From: Plasmodiophora brassicae
Taxonomy: Eukaryota
Direction of reading: 5' to 3'
Assembly: GCA_036867785.1 (NCBI GenBank)
Contig: CP145426.1
Coordinates: 682,001-746,000, forward strand
Length of the DNA: 64,000 nucleotides
The position numbers and the translations under genes were made by a program. This document shows, in pieces, positions 46,486 to 58,994 of this stretch (positions are counted from its first letter, which is position 1; every line of letters starts with the position of its first letter). The notes beneath the pieces were generated by a model that was not told the origin of the DNA, ran no database searches, and saw nothing but the letters and a program-made list of their open reading frames with translations.

Positions 46486-48747
46486 CTATGCCTGCGACGA
46501 CAACGACGACGGCGATGGTTCGGTTTGGTTGCCGTCGGCAGACTTCACAGCAGCAGCGTCCTTGTCGTCGCCGCCGCCCGGTTCCTGCGACAGGGCGGCG
46601 GCGCCCTTGTCAGCCTCGGCGACGACGACGACGGCCTGATCCGGCGGCGGCTCAGGCACGGGCGGCGCGGGTATCGACGTGCGCTTCGACAGGTTCCTGG
46701 ACTTGAGGTCGAACGACTGCCCCAGGGACGCCGGCCTGGCGTGCCCGGCCGGGTCCGTGTCGGCGGGGGCGGCGAACCAGCCGACGACGGAGCCGATCAG
46801 CGGCACCGCCCGGATGAGGTCGATGGCGCTGTAGTGCCGCTGCTGCATCTCCTCCAGGTGCGTCTGCGCCTCGACGATCCCCGTCTGCAGGGCGTCGGAC
46901 AGCAGGGCGATGACCTCGTCCGGGTAGTCGATCTGGGCCTGCGTCCGGGCGACCAGGTCGTAGATCGACCTGGCGACCTGGTCGTCGTCGTCGGCCGGGC
47001 ACGGGTCCGGCACCGTCAGGATGGCGACGCCGACGCACCCGTCGTCGGTGATGCACCCGCGGAACACGTTCGACAGGTCGAACAGGCGCCGCGCCAGGCA
47101 GTCGTTCAGGCCGTTGACGGCGTCGCGCGCGTCGGCGCCGTCGGGCAGGAACGGCGGCACCAGGCGGATCACGCCGATGCCGACGGGCGACGACGACACG
47201 CGGGCGCCGTCGACCCAGTCGAACTCGGCGGACGCGTCGACCAGGGCGCGCAGCGCGTCCCGGCAGGCGATGCCGGCCGCCATCCGGTCGACCTGCGCCG
47301 ACACGCCCGCCAGGAACGCGTCGACGACGGGGAACAGCGCCGACGCCGACGACGCCGACGCCAGCGGCTGGACGAAGACGACGATGTCGTCGGTGAGGTC
47401 GTCGAGCGCGACCGACCAGCCGAGCTGCGCCAGGGCGCCGGCGACGCGCTCCAGGATGATGCCGTTCAGCGTCGTGCTCCTCAGGGACAGGTCGCCGACG
47501 CCGGCCGCGACGACGACCTGGAACGACGGGCGCACGTCGGTATGCGACGACCAGCGCAGCGCGAACTGGTCGCCGTACGTCGTGGCCGCGCGCATCGCCG
47601 CGTACCGCACCTGAACGACGCACCCGGGTCAGGCGACGACGACGACGAACGGGCGGCCCAGGCGGACGTACGAGCTCGACGTGCGCGTCGGCGCTGCGTT
47701 GCAGGGGGCCGGCCAGGGCGGTGACGGCGATCCAGAGCGGGGCGGCGACGGTCCAGGGGGCGGCGGCGTCGGCGGCGACGGCGGGCGGCGCGGGTGCGGC
47801 GCCGACGCGCACCATGACGACGACCGTGTCGGGGCCGGCGCCGAACGACTGCCAGTCGCGGCCGGGGCGCACGACGAACGAGTCGGCGGCGTCGAGCGCG
47901 GTGACGACGACGTCGGGGCGGTCGTCGGCGGCGGCGAAGCGCAGGTCGGCGCCGTGCACGTGGATCCAGACGCCGTGCGCGTCGCACAGCGCCTTCAGGC
48001 GCACGAGGTCGTCGTCGCGGTGCACGAGGCGCCCGTCCCGGTTCAGCGTGGTGGGCACGGCGGCGAACACGATCAGCGGCATGGCGCCCTGCGACTCGTC
48101 GTCGTCGATGGCGCGCGACAACGCGTCCAGGTCGAGGCCGGCGACGCCGGTCGTCGTCGCGGGAACCGTGACAGGGACGACCTTGATGCACTTGTCGGGC
48201 GGCAGCAGCAGGCGGCGGCAGGCGCGGCGCAGGGCGTCGACGTACGGGAACGTGTCGGAGATGTATACGACGGGGAGGCGGTGGGCGCCCAGGCACGGGT
48301 ACCCCTCGGTGTCGAGCAGCGGGCAGCGCTGGCGCAGCGCCTGCAGGACGGCGACGTGCAGCATGGCGACCGGGGATTCACCTGGCGCGCGCGTTAGGAA
48401 CCCGACGACGTGCAGGGCGCAGGTGCGTTCGCGTCTTACAGATGTGCGCGACGAACGCGTCGTCCAGGTGCAGCAGGTCGTTCATCAGCGCGTTGCACGA
48501 GGCCGACATGGCCGACGCCAGGTGCGACAGGGCGGACCAGCGGTCCCGCAGGCGATACGCGATCCTGGCCGTGCCGGTCGCGTCAGAGCGCCTGTCCGAC
48601 GACGATCACAACGACGATGTGTGCGAGAGCGTACTGTGCGGCCGTGACGTCGTCGCCATCGTCAGGGCCGATGTCGAACGCGGCCAGCTCGGCCACGACG
48701 TCGGCGTCCGCCACCGCCCAGTGGATCACGCTATCGTCGACCACCAT
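46486..48747 (-). CDS. PDXDC1: Pyridoxal-dependent decarboxylase domain-containing protein (PDXDC1-like), multi-exon
   Basis: LDLDALSRAIDDD; DDLVRLKALCDAHGVWIHVHG; ADSFVVRPG; C-terminal LIRAVPLIGSVVGWFAAP and GQSFDL. The start is approximate. Confidence 0.75.
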
Positions 48748-48948
48748 CGGGGCGGTGCACGCTGCGCCACCGGGGCAGGCGCGTCCTGCGACGTCCACAA
48801 CCCGTAACCGACCGCGTTTCGGATCTGGACGGCACCGGGCCCCCACACTGGGACGGTTCGTGGTTGCCGGGAGGAGGCCCCCCGCACCAGGCGATGCCTA
48901 AATATAGGCCATGCTGGACCCGCCAACGGCACGTCTGATGTCGCTTCA

Positions 48949-49908
48949 TTAGCTCTTGGACCTGGTGTTGGCGGTGCTGTCGTCGTGGAGGTAGCGCAGC
49001 GCGCCCGTCAGACAGACGCGCCACTTGTTTGTCGCGTACAGGAGCGCGGCCGTGTTCACGAACACGTCCAGGGCGTACAGCATCGGGACCTTCACGCCCG
49101 ACTCCGTCGATCCCGAGACGCCCTCGCTGGAGGCTGACACGCTGACCAGGACGGCCACCGAGGTCATCGTCGCCACCGAACACGATACCAGGTTGATCTT
49201 GGCGGTGCGAACCAGGTCGCGCTGGCGACGGTACCGGTCGTCGTGCACCGTCGTCGACCCCGTTAGTGTCGATGGGTCTGCTGTCGGCGCCGCCGCCTCC
49301 TGATCATGATCGGGAGCGCTGGACACTGCCTGCTGGCTCCGCGGCTGGATCGCAACGACTTTGCGAGCGAAACGACGTGTGCTGAAGATGTGCTGCAGGA
49401 CGGTGACTGTGAACATGTACAGGTACGATGTGGACAGCGACATGTCCGCGCTCATCCACGCCATAGCCATCAGCCAGTGGACGCTGACTGAGCAGGCCTG
49501 CGTGTCGGTCAGGGCGCCTTGCGTGACGACCGCGCCGGCGACGAGCAGCGCCAGCGTACTGGCCAGCGTCACCCGGCGGATCCTGTTCCGAAACGTATCG
49601 GTGGATTTGTCGCCCAGGTCGGATTTCCCGATCAGGAACGTGTACACCAGGTACTTGAGGACGATATACGTGCAGGTGGACGTCGTGGCGAACACCTGGC
49701 AGGCGCTGGCCGATAGCGTCGTCGTTGTACAGTAGAAGAGGGCGGACAGCCACCCGACCTGCGACACGAGCAGCACCGTGACAATCTGAATGAGGAACTT
49801 CAACGTGCCTTGCGAATAGAGCTGCCAGGCGGACACCATTGCGACCACGGCGGTTGGCACGACGCTGCCCAGCAGTACGCCGATCACAACAGCGGGCCCG
49901 GACGTCAT
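48949..49908 (-). CDS. Seven-TM GPCR-like membrane protein
   Basis: 319 aa with seven hydrophobic helices, Cys at the start of TM3 and in extracellular loop 2, a long third intracellular loop and LDVFVN in TM7. Confidence 0.7.
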   Translation of the reverse strand: MTSGPAVVIGVLLGSVVPTAVVAMVSAWQLYSQGTLKFLIQIVTVLLVSQVGWLSALFYCTTTTLSASACQVFATTSTCTYIVLKYLVYTFLIGKSDLGDKSTDTFRNRIRRVTLASTLALLVAGAVVTQGALTDTQACSVSVHWLMAMAWMSADMSLSTSYLYMFTVTVLQHIFSTRRFARKVVAIQPRSQQAVSSAPDHDQEAAAPTADPSTLTGSTTVHDDRYRRQRDLVRTAKINLVSCSVATMTSVAVLVSVSASSEGVSGSTESGVKVPMLYALDVFVNTAALLYATNKWRVCLTGALRYLHDDSTANTRSKS

Positions 49909-50150
49909 CGCCTACCGTACGTTCGCGCTTCGTGGCGCGCCTGACTGGTGAAGATGCCTCAGGGACTACGTCCGGTAGAGAGGAGCCGTAATTGGTGGTC
50001 CACTATGTAACTGTGTGCCAGCAGCTGTTTGGGATATGGCGCCGCAAGAGTACGCCATGACGTAATAAACCACCTGTGACTGCGAGGCCAGCAAGGCTAT
50101 CGTCTCTGCTGACCCGTCTCCCATCGGCAGAATTCGGACCGAGACGAGGC

Positions 50151-52196
50151 ATGACGACGCTGCTGCCACAGAGCGCCGGCTGGATGGTCGTCATCGTCTT
50201 CTCGGTGACGTTCGGCGTCCTGACCATCGCAATCGTGAAAATCCAAGAGGTGATTGTCGGGCGGCCGCAAAGCTTCGACGTCTTCAATGTGGCGGGTCGA
50301 GCGGCAGGCATCGGCCTTAGCGCCTCTGTCGTCGTCTGCAAGTGGACGTGGGCGGCCACCCTCCTGCAGAGCTCGACGGTGACCTGGAAGTACGGACTGT
50401 CGGGGGCGTACTGGTATGCGGCCGGCGCCGCCATCCAGATCACGCTGTTCGCCGCCGTGGCCGTCAAGGTCAAGGAGCGTGCGCCGAACGCCCACACCGT
50501 CCTGGAAATCGTTCGGGCACGATGGGGAACCGCGGCGCACCTCGTGTTTCTCGTGTTCGCCCTGATGACGAACCTGATCGTGACCGGCATGCTGCTGCTG
50601 GGCGGGTCTGCGGTCGTCAACGCCGTCTGCGGCATGCCGCTCGAGGCGGCAGCCTTCCTGATCCCGATCGGCGTGACGGCCTACACATTAGTCGGAGGCC
50701 TGCGCGCCACCTTCATCGCCGGGTACCTGCAGAGCGCCATCATTTTCATCATGCTGACCGCCTTCGTACTCGTTGTGAGTCATTCTCATATTGGCGTACG
50801 AATGGTGGCGTGGCGGGATTGCACGTTGACCGCCCAGCACGCACAGGTCTACACTGGCGAAACGATCGGGGGCGCCGCTGGCATGTACGACAAGGTGGCC
50901 GCGCTGCAGCCGGATCCTATCGCCAGCACATTCCTCCAAGGCAACGCTGGCAATTCCTACCTGACGGTAACCCATATTCACGCTTCCCGGCAACCCCGCA
51001 TGTCCCCCGTCTGATCAGCGCTTTGCACGTGCCAGATGTCGAGCACGAACGGGCTCATGTTCGGCGTGATCAACGTAGTCGGCAATTTCGGGGCGGTCTT
51101 CATGGACAGCTCGTACTGGTCGTCGGCGATGGCGGCCGACTCGAGCCGCACCGCATCGGTATCGTTCCTGGTGGCCAGCGTATACTGGTTCTCGATTCCG
51201 CTGGCCATGGCCACCAGCCTCGGGTTGGCATCACGCGCTCTGCAACTGCCGATGACGGTCGACCAAGTCGACTCAGGGCTGGCGCCCGCGTTCGCTGCCA
51301 TCTTCCTGCTTGGCCGGTCGGGCGGCTGGATGATCCTCATCATCGTGTTCGCGGCAGTCGCCAGCACCGGTGCCGCCGAGCTCATGGCCGTCTCGTCCGT
51401 GATCACGTACGACGTGTACAAGGCGTACGTGAACCCGGCGGCCACCTCCGAGCGGCTCCTGCAGGTCTCCAAGGCATCCTGCGCCGTGTTCGGCGCCCTG
51501 ATGGGCGTCTTCGGCCTTGTCCTGAACGAGACCGGCGTCAGCCTGTCCTACGTGTACCTCGGCATGGGCATCTGTATCGGGTCGGCCGTGGCACCCGTCG
51601 TCTGCGCGATCCTCTGGCGCCAGTGTACGGGCCTGGCCGCCGTCTGCGCCGCCGTCGCCGGCCTCGTGCTGGCCGTCGCCAGCTGGATCTGGACCGCCCA
51701 CGCCGTCTATGGGACCGTGAACCTGCAGACCACCGGTGCCGACTACCCGATGCTGGTCGGCAACGTGGTCGCCCTGGTATCGTCGACGGTGTTGACGGTG
51801 GCCTTGACACTGATCCGGCCCGATCCCGGAACGGACTGGTCGTCCACGATGAGTATCGCGGACACGGCGGACGACGACGTTCAGCGTCGCGACAACTCGG
51901 GAACCGACGTCGCTGCCGACGATCGGGCGTGGATGGCGCCGACGTCGACTGCGGGCGTCGAAGACTTTCGACAGGAATGGGTGCGGTCGGTGCGATGGTC
52001 AGCCTTCATCACGTTCGTGATGGTGCTGGGCGTGCCTATCCCGTTGTACCTGGCCGACTGGGTCTTCACGAAACCATTCTTCATCGCATGGATCGTGACG
52101 ACGTGCCTGTGCGCCATCGCGTCTGCCCTGCTTGTCATTGGCATCCCTCTCTGGGACTGCTACCGCCTGATCAGCCGAATCTCGACGGACCTCTAG
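50151..52196 (+). CDS. DUR3: Urea active transporter (sodium:solute symporter family), multi-exon
   Basis: KWTWAATLLQSS; YGLSGAYWYAAGAAIQI; APNAHTVLEIVRARWG; GGLRATF; GNFGAVFMD; STGAAELMAVSSVITYDVYKAYVNP. Confidence 0.95.
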
Positions 52197-53339
52197 CCGT
52201 CGTCGCGCGTCCTCGTGTATGTACCCAGAACCAGATGTTTACCGCTGGCCTCCCGACCCGGCCACGGCTTGAACGTACATACATAACGGAAACTGGCACG
52301 AATCTGGTCATCGGTCAAGCCAGTCGCTACAAGATAGGAGTTATAACGCCCAGCCATCATTGCCCTTGCCACCATTTATCCACACCGATAGGCGTGGCTC
52401 CCGTAGAAGAGAGACATCGCCGGTACGGGTGGCGACCCTGTGACCTGTGTCGGCTCTGATTTGACATAGGAAGTCCCATCCAATATGATGTCCGGGGCAA
52501 GCCGTATTTGTGACCGCTTGCGGGCGAATCAAGATGTCGATCCATAGCTGGGGACCGCCATCTGGTGCGCGGGCGTGGACCTGGCCACCTGCAAGCATAT
52601 TGTAAAACAAGGCGTTGATTGCGACATCGAGCCACCGTCGGCGCCCAAATGAAAAAGTACCGTTACAAAGGGCAACACAAGTAAGAGGCAGGTGGGCTAT
52701 TTGCATTACCATGCGTCTCACCGCTCTTCGCGTATCGCGAAGAATGTCTCGCAACTTGTCCAGGTATGCTGATTTCACGAAGTCAAAAGCAGTGCGCAAA
52801 ATGCCACGCGTGTCCTGCTTTGGCGCAGCCGCGCGCTGAACCATGGATGACGTCACAGGGCGTCTCGTTGTGGAGAAGCCGGTGACCTGATGATCAACCA
52901 AGGCTATACGGCGGGCTTCATTACTGCCCGTGTCCTGCCATGGTCAGAGCGCGATGCGTCGGCGACGGCAGCTGCCGGTCGCCAGCACCGCCGCAACGAC
53001 GCCCAACATGGCCGCCCGGCATGCCGTTGTGTTCGGCATCACACGGAGCAGGCCATTTGCGATCCTGACACGCCTGCCTTCCCTGCCTGCACCTGCGCCG
53101 GCGTCGCCGCCGACCAGCGGCACGGGCCAGCGGACCCACACCACAACACGTCCTGCTGGACATTCGCATCCACGACCATAACATGTCCTGCTGGAATATG
53201 CCTGCCGTTGCGTCCGGCTGTCTGGAAGGACGCCTTACACCTCCAGGAAAGGTACGATTGGTCACCTGATCAACAGACCGGCCAGGTCCACTAACTCGTG
53301 GCGACAGGGCATGCCTGCCGTCGTCTGCGGTCCATCATC

Positions 53340-53979
53340 CAGAATGAACTGGACCACGTTCGGCCATACCGTGCCGTGCACGAACTTGGCCGGTATCATT
53401 ACTTGCAGCAGCAAAGTTCAAGGGCATCGGCCAGGAAGCGCTGCGGAAAATGTGGCACAATTCGGAAAGCGGTCATCGAATGCGAGCCTCTCTGGTTCGC
53501 CATTGGTTGGGCTGGCATTTTCGAAGGGATTAATGTCGAAATCCGCATGTCTGATTCCACGATGACAATGGACGACGTCCTTAGCCACTTGGACCACGTT
53601 CGGCCATACCGTTCCGTGCACGAACTTGGCCGGTCAGCAAATGTATTTTATTACCCACTTAATATTTGCATTGAGCAAATGGGCGGCTTGTCGCCTCGAC
53701 CCACAACTGTTTCCCGAGGAATTGACCGCTCTCTTACTCAGCGGCATCCCCACCATGTGCAAGTGGTCCGCGTCGCTCGAACTGGTGAGTGAGATCGCAC
53801 ACTACTTGCGAATTCTGCGGGTCCCGAGCCACCATAGATCGCTGAGAAAGTGTGTCTCGTACCTCCTCGACAAAGAGGTGAAGGGCTCGGGCGGCTGCAT
53901 GCCCAAAGGCAAGCATGTCAAGTCGACGTTCTATTTGCGCGCGATGCCAATCGATATATACGTCTATGGCGGGGCTGCT
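53340..53979 (+). pseudogene. Frameshifted fragment of an alpha-helical protein with a CxxC motif (copy A of an inverted duplication)
   Basis: RKRCGKCG...HLDHVRPY, a frameshift, then QMYFITHLIFALSKW...ELVSEIAHYLRIL...CVSYLLDKE, then another shift to QSIYTSMAGLL. It includes a 45-bp internal direct repeat (~53350 and ~53590). Confidence 0.6.
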
Positions 53980-54084
53980 CAGTTTGGTGAACAATTGGGT
54001 GCGAACGCCCGGAAAACGTACTGGTACCAAGAAGGCTACGGTTTCCCGGCGTTCGTATCCGGTTGTTCATCGAACTGCGTCTCT

Positions 54085-54841
54085 AGCAGCCCTACCACTG
54101 ACGTGCATATCGATTGGTATCGCAACTAGAACGTCGACTTGACATGCTTGCCTTTGGGGATCCAGCCGTCCGAGCCCTTCACCTCTTTGCCGAGGAGGTA
54201 CGAGACACACTTTCTCAGCGATCTATGGTGGCTCGGGAATTCGCAAGGAGTGTGCGATCTCACCCACCAGTTCGAGCGACTCGGACCACTTGCACATGGT
54301 GGGGATGCTGAGCAAGAGAGCGGCCAATTCCTCGGGAAACAGTTGTGAATCGAGGCGACAAGCCGCCCATTTGCTTAATGCAAATATTAAATGGGTTATA
54401 AAATACATTTGCTGACCGGCCAAGTTCGTCCACGGAACGGCCGGTATGATCGAACGTGGTCCAAGTGACTAAGGACGTCGTCCATCGTCATCGTGGAATC
54501 AGACATGCGGATTTCGACATTAATCCCTTCGAAAATGCCAGCCCAAACAAGGGCGAACCAGAGAGGCTCGTATTCGATGACCGCTTTCCGAATTGTGCCA
54601 CATTTTCCGCAGCGCTTCCTGGCTGATGCCCTTGAACTTTTCTGGTAGGGCCACAGGTCGGGCATACCATGTACGGTTCGTACGGAATGCCACAGCCGGG
54701 AGCAAACGCGAAAAGACTTGCCAGGTGGTGCTGAGCCAGACATTGACGGAGTTCATCAGCTTTAATTTGTCGGGCCCACGTCTCGGGATCTGGCTGAGTC
54801 ACAGCATTCATGTAAACGAACTCGGAGCGCCTCGTCGACAA
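54085..54841 (-). pseudogene. Frameshifted inverted copy B of the same gene
   Basis: The ORF track shows near-identical peptides (SSRASARKRCGKCG..., QQMYFITHLIFALSKWAACRLD) on the minus strand, with an extra upstream CPTCG and several frameshifts or stops. Confidence 0.65.
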
Positions 54842-56099
54842 TACAGGACTTCTGATTGTTTATTGTGGGAACAAACAAAGCTGGAGGTCGCCCGGCGAGG
54901 CTGTTATGCAGCGCCGGGTCGTCAGCGATACCGGTCGCCCGAGCACTTGGTGATGGTACGCACTGCGCCGCTCAGCCAGATACGGCGAGCGGCGCGGTGC
55001 TCGACGCGCTTTACGCGGGCCCGGCCAGCGCCCCGACGCCCTGGACCGAAATCGACAACGGCGCGCCGTGCAGGCACTTGGCAACGGTCGCCCGAATCAC
55101 CGTGCCCAGCACGTGCATCCACCGGCGCCGGCGCCCGCCGCCGATCGAGGTCGCGATATCGTCCTCTCCTGCGTGACGACCTGCATGGCGAGACAGGCAA
55201 GATGTGCAACACCACAGGCATGTACGGCGTTGTACGTAGCACGCACGTACGACACCTGGTGGCGCCCGAATTCCAGCAAGCCTCTCGGGTTCACTGTGGC
55301 TAGGTGCGCCGCCGGACCAGAACTGTCGCGACTCGACACCGATCGTGAACGGGCCTCGTGTGATTGTTCTGTAGAAGGGCGGTTTCCGTGGTGGCAAGTC
55401 CATATACGACCCTCCCAGGTCTGTTCACAAGCATCGAATGAAGGTGGACGTCGGCCATCGTGAAGCAGGCGCTGACCCCGTGCGCTGTGGGCAACGTTGG
55501 CGCGCGATCAACGATCCGACGACGCTGACGGCCGCCACGTAGCCCACTGCAACGTCGTAGACGGTCGTCCAATATGCCGATGTGTGTTCGGCATCGCAGG
55601 TGTCGACCCCCTGCTGCCAACACGAGATGGTGGACGCGATCTGATTCGTGTCCTACCGTTGATCGGACGCCCTGTACTTGCAGGTCAGGTGCGATTCGTC
55701 GCCTGATGTAAGTCTCCCAAGATCTCTGACATTCTCGACAGGACGCGCCTGCCGTCGGCGCAGGTCGGACATGAATCCCCTGGGCACCGGCAGGGCTCCC
55801 ATACCGATGACGATCAGTGGCTGACATTCAGTTCGTCCTGGATGACATCGACGATGCTGTGGCGATGTTGCCAATAACCCTCCCGAATCGTTGCAGTCCG
55901 GGTCGACCTTCAGGCGATTGCAAGCTGCTTCCAACATTGCAGTCAGGTACGTCGCCCTTCGTTTCCCTTTGCCAGCGATTTTCCCAAGGTGTTTGCAGGT
56001 CGTTTCCATATCATGACGGTAGCTGTATCACCATCCTCCGACTGCTGCCGACGATGCGTGCCGGCTCATGCGGGCGGCGTGCCGTCAATGCGTTTCGCC

Positions 56100-56697
56100 A
56101 CCTGCATATCAGCGTGCTGGCCATCGCATGTGACGTCAGGCACGTCGCCGTCGCCAGAACGCTGCTGAGCGACAGCAGGAACGACCCGACGCGGATCGAA
56201 ACGTATCACTGGGTATCGTGGCGCGACGTGGCCCTGTTGGCATCGTCCGGCTGCTGGTCGGCGACGCTCGCCTCGTGCGCGCCCTGGATTGCCCCGGCCT
56301 CCTCGTGGCCTGCAATTGTTCGGCCATTTCAACATCGTCGACAGTACCCTGGTGAGTGTTCGCGACGATTTCACATTGCCTCGTGGACCGGCGCTAAAGG
56401 TCGCTATCAGGAACGGCAACCTGAGCGTCCTCAATGCCCTACTAATTGCCGATGCCCAACTGGACTTACGCGGTGACGTCGATATCGCCCTGCTCTCCGC
56501 CGGTCGCTCCAATTCCGATGCAGGCGTCGCTCAGCGGCCATTGTGACGTTGTGCGGCTACTGACCGACGGAACGCGAGTTACGGACCGAGCAACACTTCT
56601 CAGGGCCATCACGGTCGCCAACGCGCGTCGTCTTACCGGTGTCGCTGACCTGCTCGTCGGAAAATGGCGGGACCAACGTGCCATCATTCACACATAG
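56100..56697 (+). pseudogene. Frameshifted ankyrin-repeat remnant
   Basis: FGHFNIVD, ALKVAIRNGNLSVLNALL and ASLSGHCDVVRLL lie in different frames without clear introns. Confidence 0.5.
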
Positions 56698-56732
56698 CGG
56701 TGCTTTGAGGAGGGGCTGGTGCGCGTCCATTC

Positions 56733-57266
56733 GTGTGCCTCATGGTCGGCATGACGCCTGTTGGCACGTGCCGCAACGTGACGTTCGCATGCCATTTCGA
56801 TCGGCGTCTCGAGCAGATCATGATGTCCAGGCGGGACTACTTTCGTCGCCTATGGTTCTCTTCGAATCCACAACTGACGACGTTGGCCGGCATGATAATG
56901 GCCATCGCGCCTCTCGAACTTTGTTACGTCATCTCTGCCTGTGCGCTCGCGTCCGACCTGTACGTAGGCAACAGCCTTCTGCTGCTGCTCACCATCGGTA
57001 TTCACACATCCAGGTTTATCTGTGTGTTGAGCGTGTACGTTTCCCTGTTCACGCCAAACCCGACACCGTGTTCTCTTGTGACTCTTTCAATTTTCAGTCT
57101 CTCCCAAGGCCTGGTCGCCTTGAGCTCCAGCGTACCGTTCGCGGATGTCCGGATCCCATCGTCAACGGCAAAGACGGTCTTCGCCACTCTGCTGGCCATC
57201 GACTATACAGTGATCGCCCTCCTGCTGTTCCGCAAGCGCGGTGCCCTCGTGACACTGAATGAGTAG
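56733..57266 (+). CDS. Hypothetical multi-TM protein (start uncertain)
   Basis: ORF with about 4-5 hydrophobic segments; no family recognised. Confidence 0.4.
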   Translation: MCLMVGMTPVGTCRNVTFACHFDRRLEQIMMSRRDYFRRLWFSSNPQLTTLAGMIMAIAPLELCYVISACALASDLYVGNSLLLLLTIGIHTSRFICVLSVYVSLFTPNPTPCSLVTLSIFSLSQGLVALSSSVPFADVRIPSSTAKTVFATLLAIDYTVIALLLFRKRGALVTLNE

Positions 57267-58994
57267 GGCCGTCTGACAGCTGACAACGCATGACGCAAGA
57301 AGAAATCGGCCCAAAAAAATCGCATTTATGGACCCAGTTTTTTGGGACGTTAAGCCCCTTTGCCGAGCAACGTTGCCGCTTTAGCTTTCGCCCACGCCGG
57401 TGGCGGCAGTATGGGACCTGTGGACGACATCGCGCCTCCGGCCGACGGATGCCGTGTCGGCGTGAATCAGTCGCCGACTCCGTGTTGCGCTGCGACTGAC
57501 GACGCTGACGATGCAGCCGATCGCCCACGTCCCCTGCCAATCGCCGACGATCCGACGACCAAGCCGGTGGTCGACGCCGCCCACTACATCGCCGTACACG
57601 GCTTCCCGATACGCCACGATGTTCACCATCGCACCTCGCCGATCGCCGACGACCTGTCGCGACCGCGTGCCCTGCCAGTGTCTGCGCCGTAAGCCGTTGC
57701 ACCTCGAGGACAGGTACGAGTCATCGTTTGTTGCACAGTGTCCCAGGCCCTCTGACGCGTTCGACACCGCCCTTATGCAGTCTCATGCCGTCGAGTCGGA
57801 CCAGGTCCAACATGACCCCGGCGTGGTGGCTTCCGACGCTTGGAACAATTGGTCATGCACGCCCCATGCCCGGCACCATGCGTTGATAGCGGGCTAACCA
57901 GTCGATGTCGTCGCCGGCCTCCCTGTCTGCGTGTCGAGCGGTGCCTGCCTGCTGCGTTGTGTTCGTCCTCGCGTCTCTCGAGTCGTCGACGTCCCGAGGC
58001 GCCTGCTCGCTGTTCCTGCGATCGACTGTGACGTAATCGATGCATCCCACTGGACGTATGCCAACGCGCCCAACACGTCTGGACGACGCCATGCTCCGGT
58101 ACGGACCGCTGTCTAATGCAAATGATCACGGCCTCACACGTTCTGCACAGGACACTGCCGTCGCCAGTTACGACGCTGCCGGTCGTCAATGCCGCCCACT
58201 ACATCGCGATATTCGACTAAGTTCGCGTCTGCAGGCTGCGGGTCCCCAACGACCCGTCGTGCTGCTCGCCGTGCTTACGTCCGCGTCGAAGTCACCGCCG
58301 AGCACCGACATGGGCCAACGGGATCACCTGCAACGCGACCATAAGGGGGCCTGCTGGGCTTCTGTGCATCTCCTGGTCAGGAGCGTGTCGTTGCCAAGAT
58401 GCCCCATCGCCTGATACGGCTGCCTGCCCTGCTTGCGTCCGCGCCGACGTCGCTGCGACCGGGCCAACACATCGTCTACTAGGACAGCGGAACGTGATCA
58501 TCTTCCTTAAGCGCGCCCAATATCTCTGGGTGCGATTCCAGGACAGGTATAGTTTCTCGGCTGATGCGATATGACCTTCGCCTCTGACATGTGATGAACA
58601 GGCTAAGCCAGCTGCCGTGGGACGTCGCTTGTCCATCATGGGAGCCTTCAAGCAGCCGTGGTTCTGCCAAATTGTCATTCTGCTCCACACGTGACGCGGT
58701 CGACTGCCCCACCCTAGCCGCCGGATGCAATTCGCCGTCTGCCCTGAACCGTCCTGCGATGACGGGCACTGGTGCAAATGCGTCGCCGGCCCCCCATCTG
58801 CCTGGTCGGCTGCCTCTGCCAACTCTGCTGGTTGCCCAGCAGGGTAGCGGTGCCCAGCGCCCGTTGCTGCCGGAAGCCTCGCGGACACCTGACTTTCGAC
58901 AACGATCGTGCAGCATCCTTGACGCTATATCCCGATAACCGTGGCCGTTCAATACACGCTGAACATGTTGACATGCGCGTACACCCACACGTGA

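Noticed and set aside
52200-52901. Minus-strand ORFs as an intact gene
   Set aside because: Plausible peptide is split across frames with no recognisable family; likely decayed, so not called.
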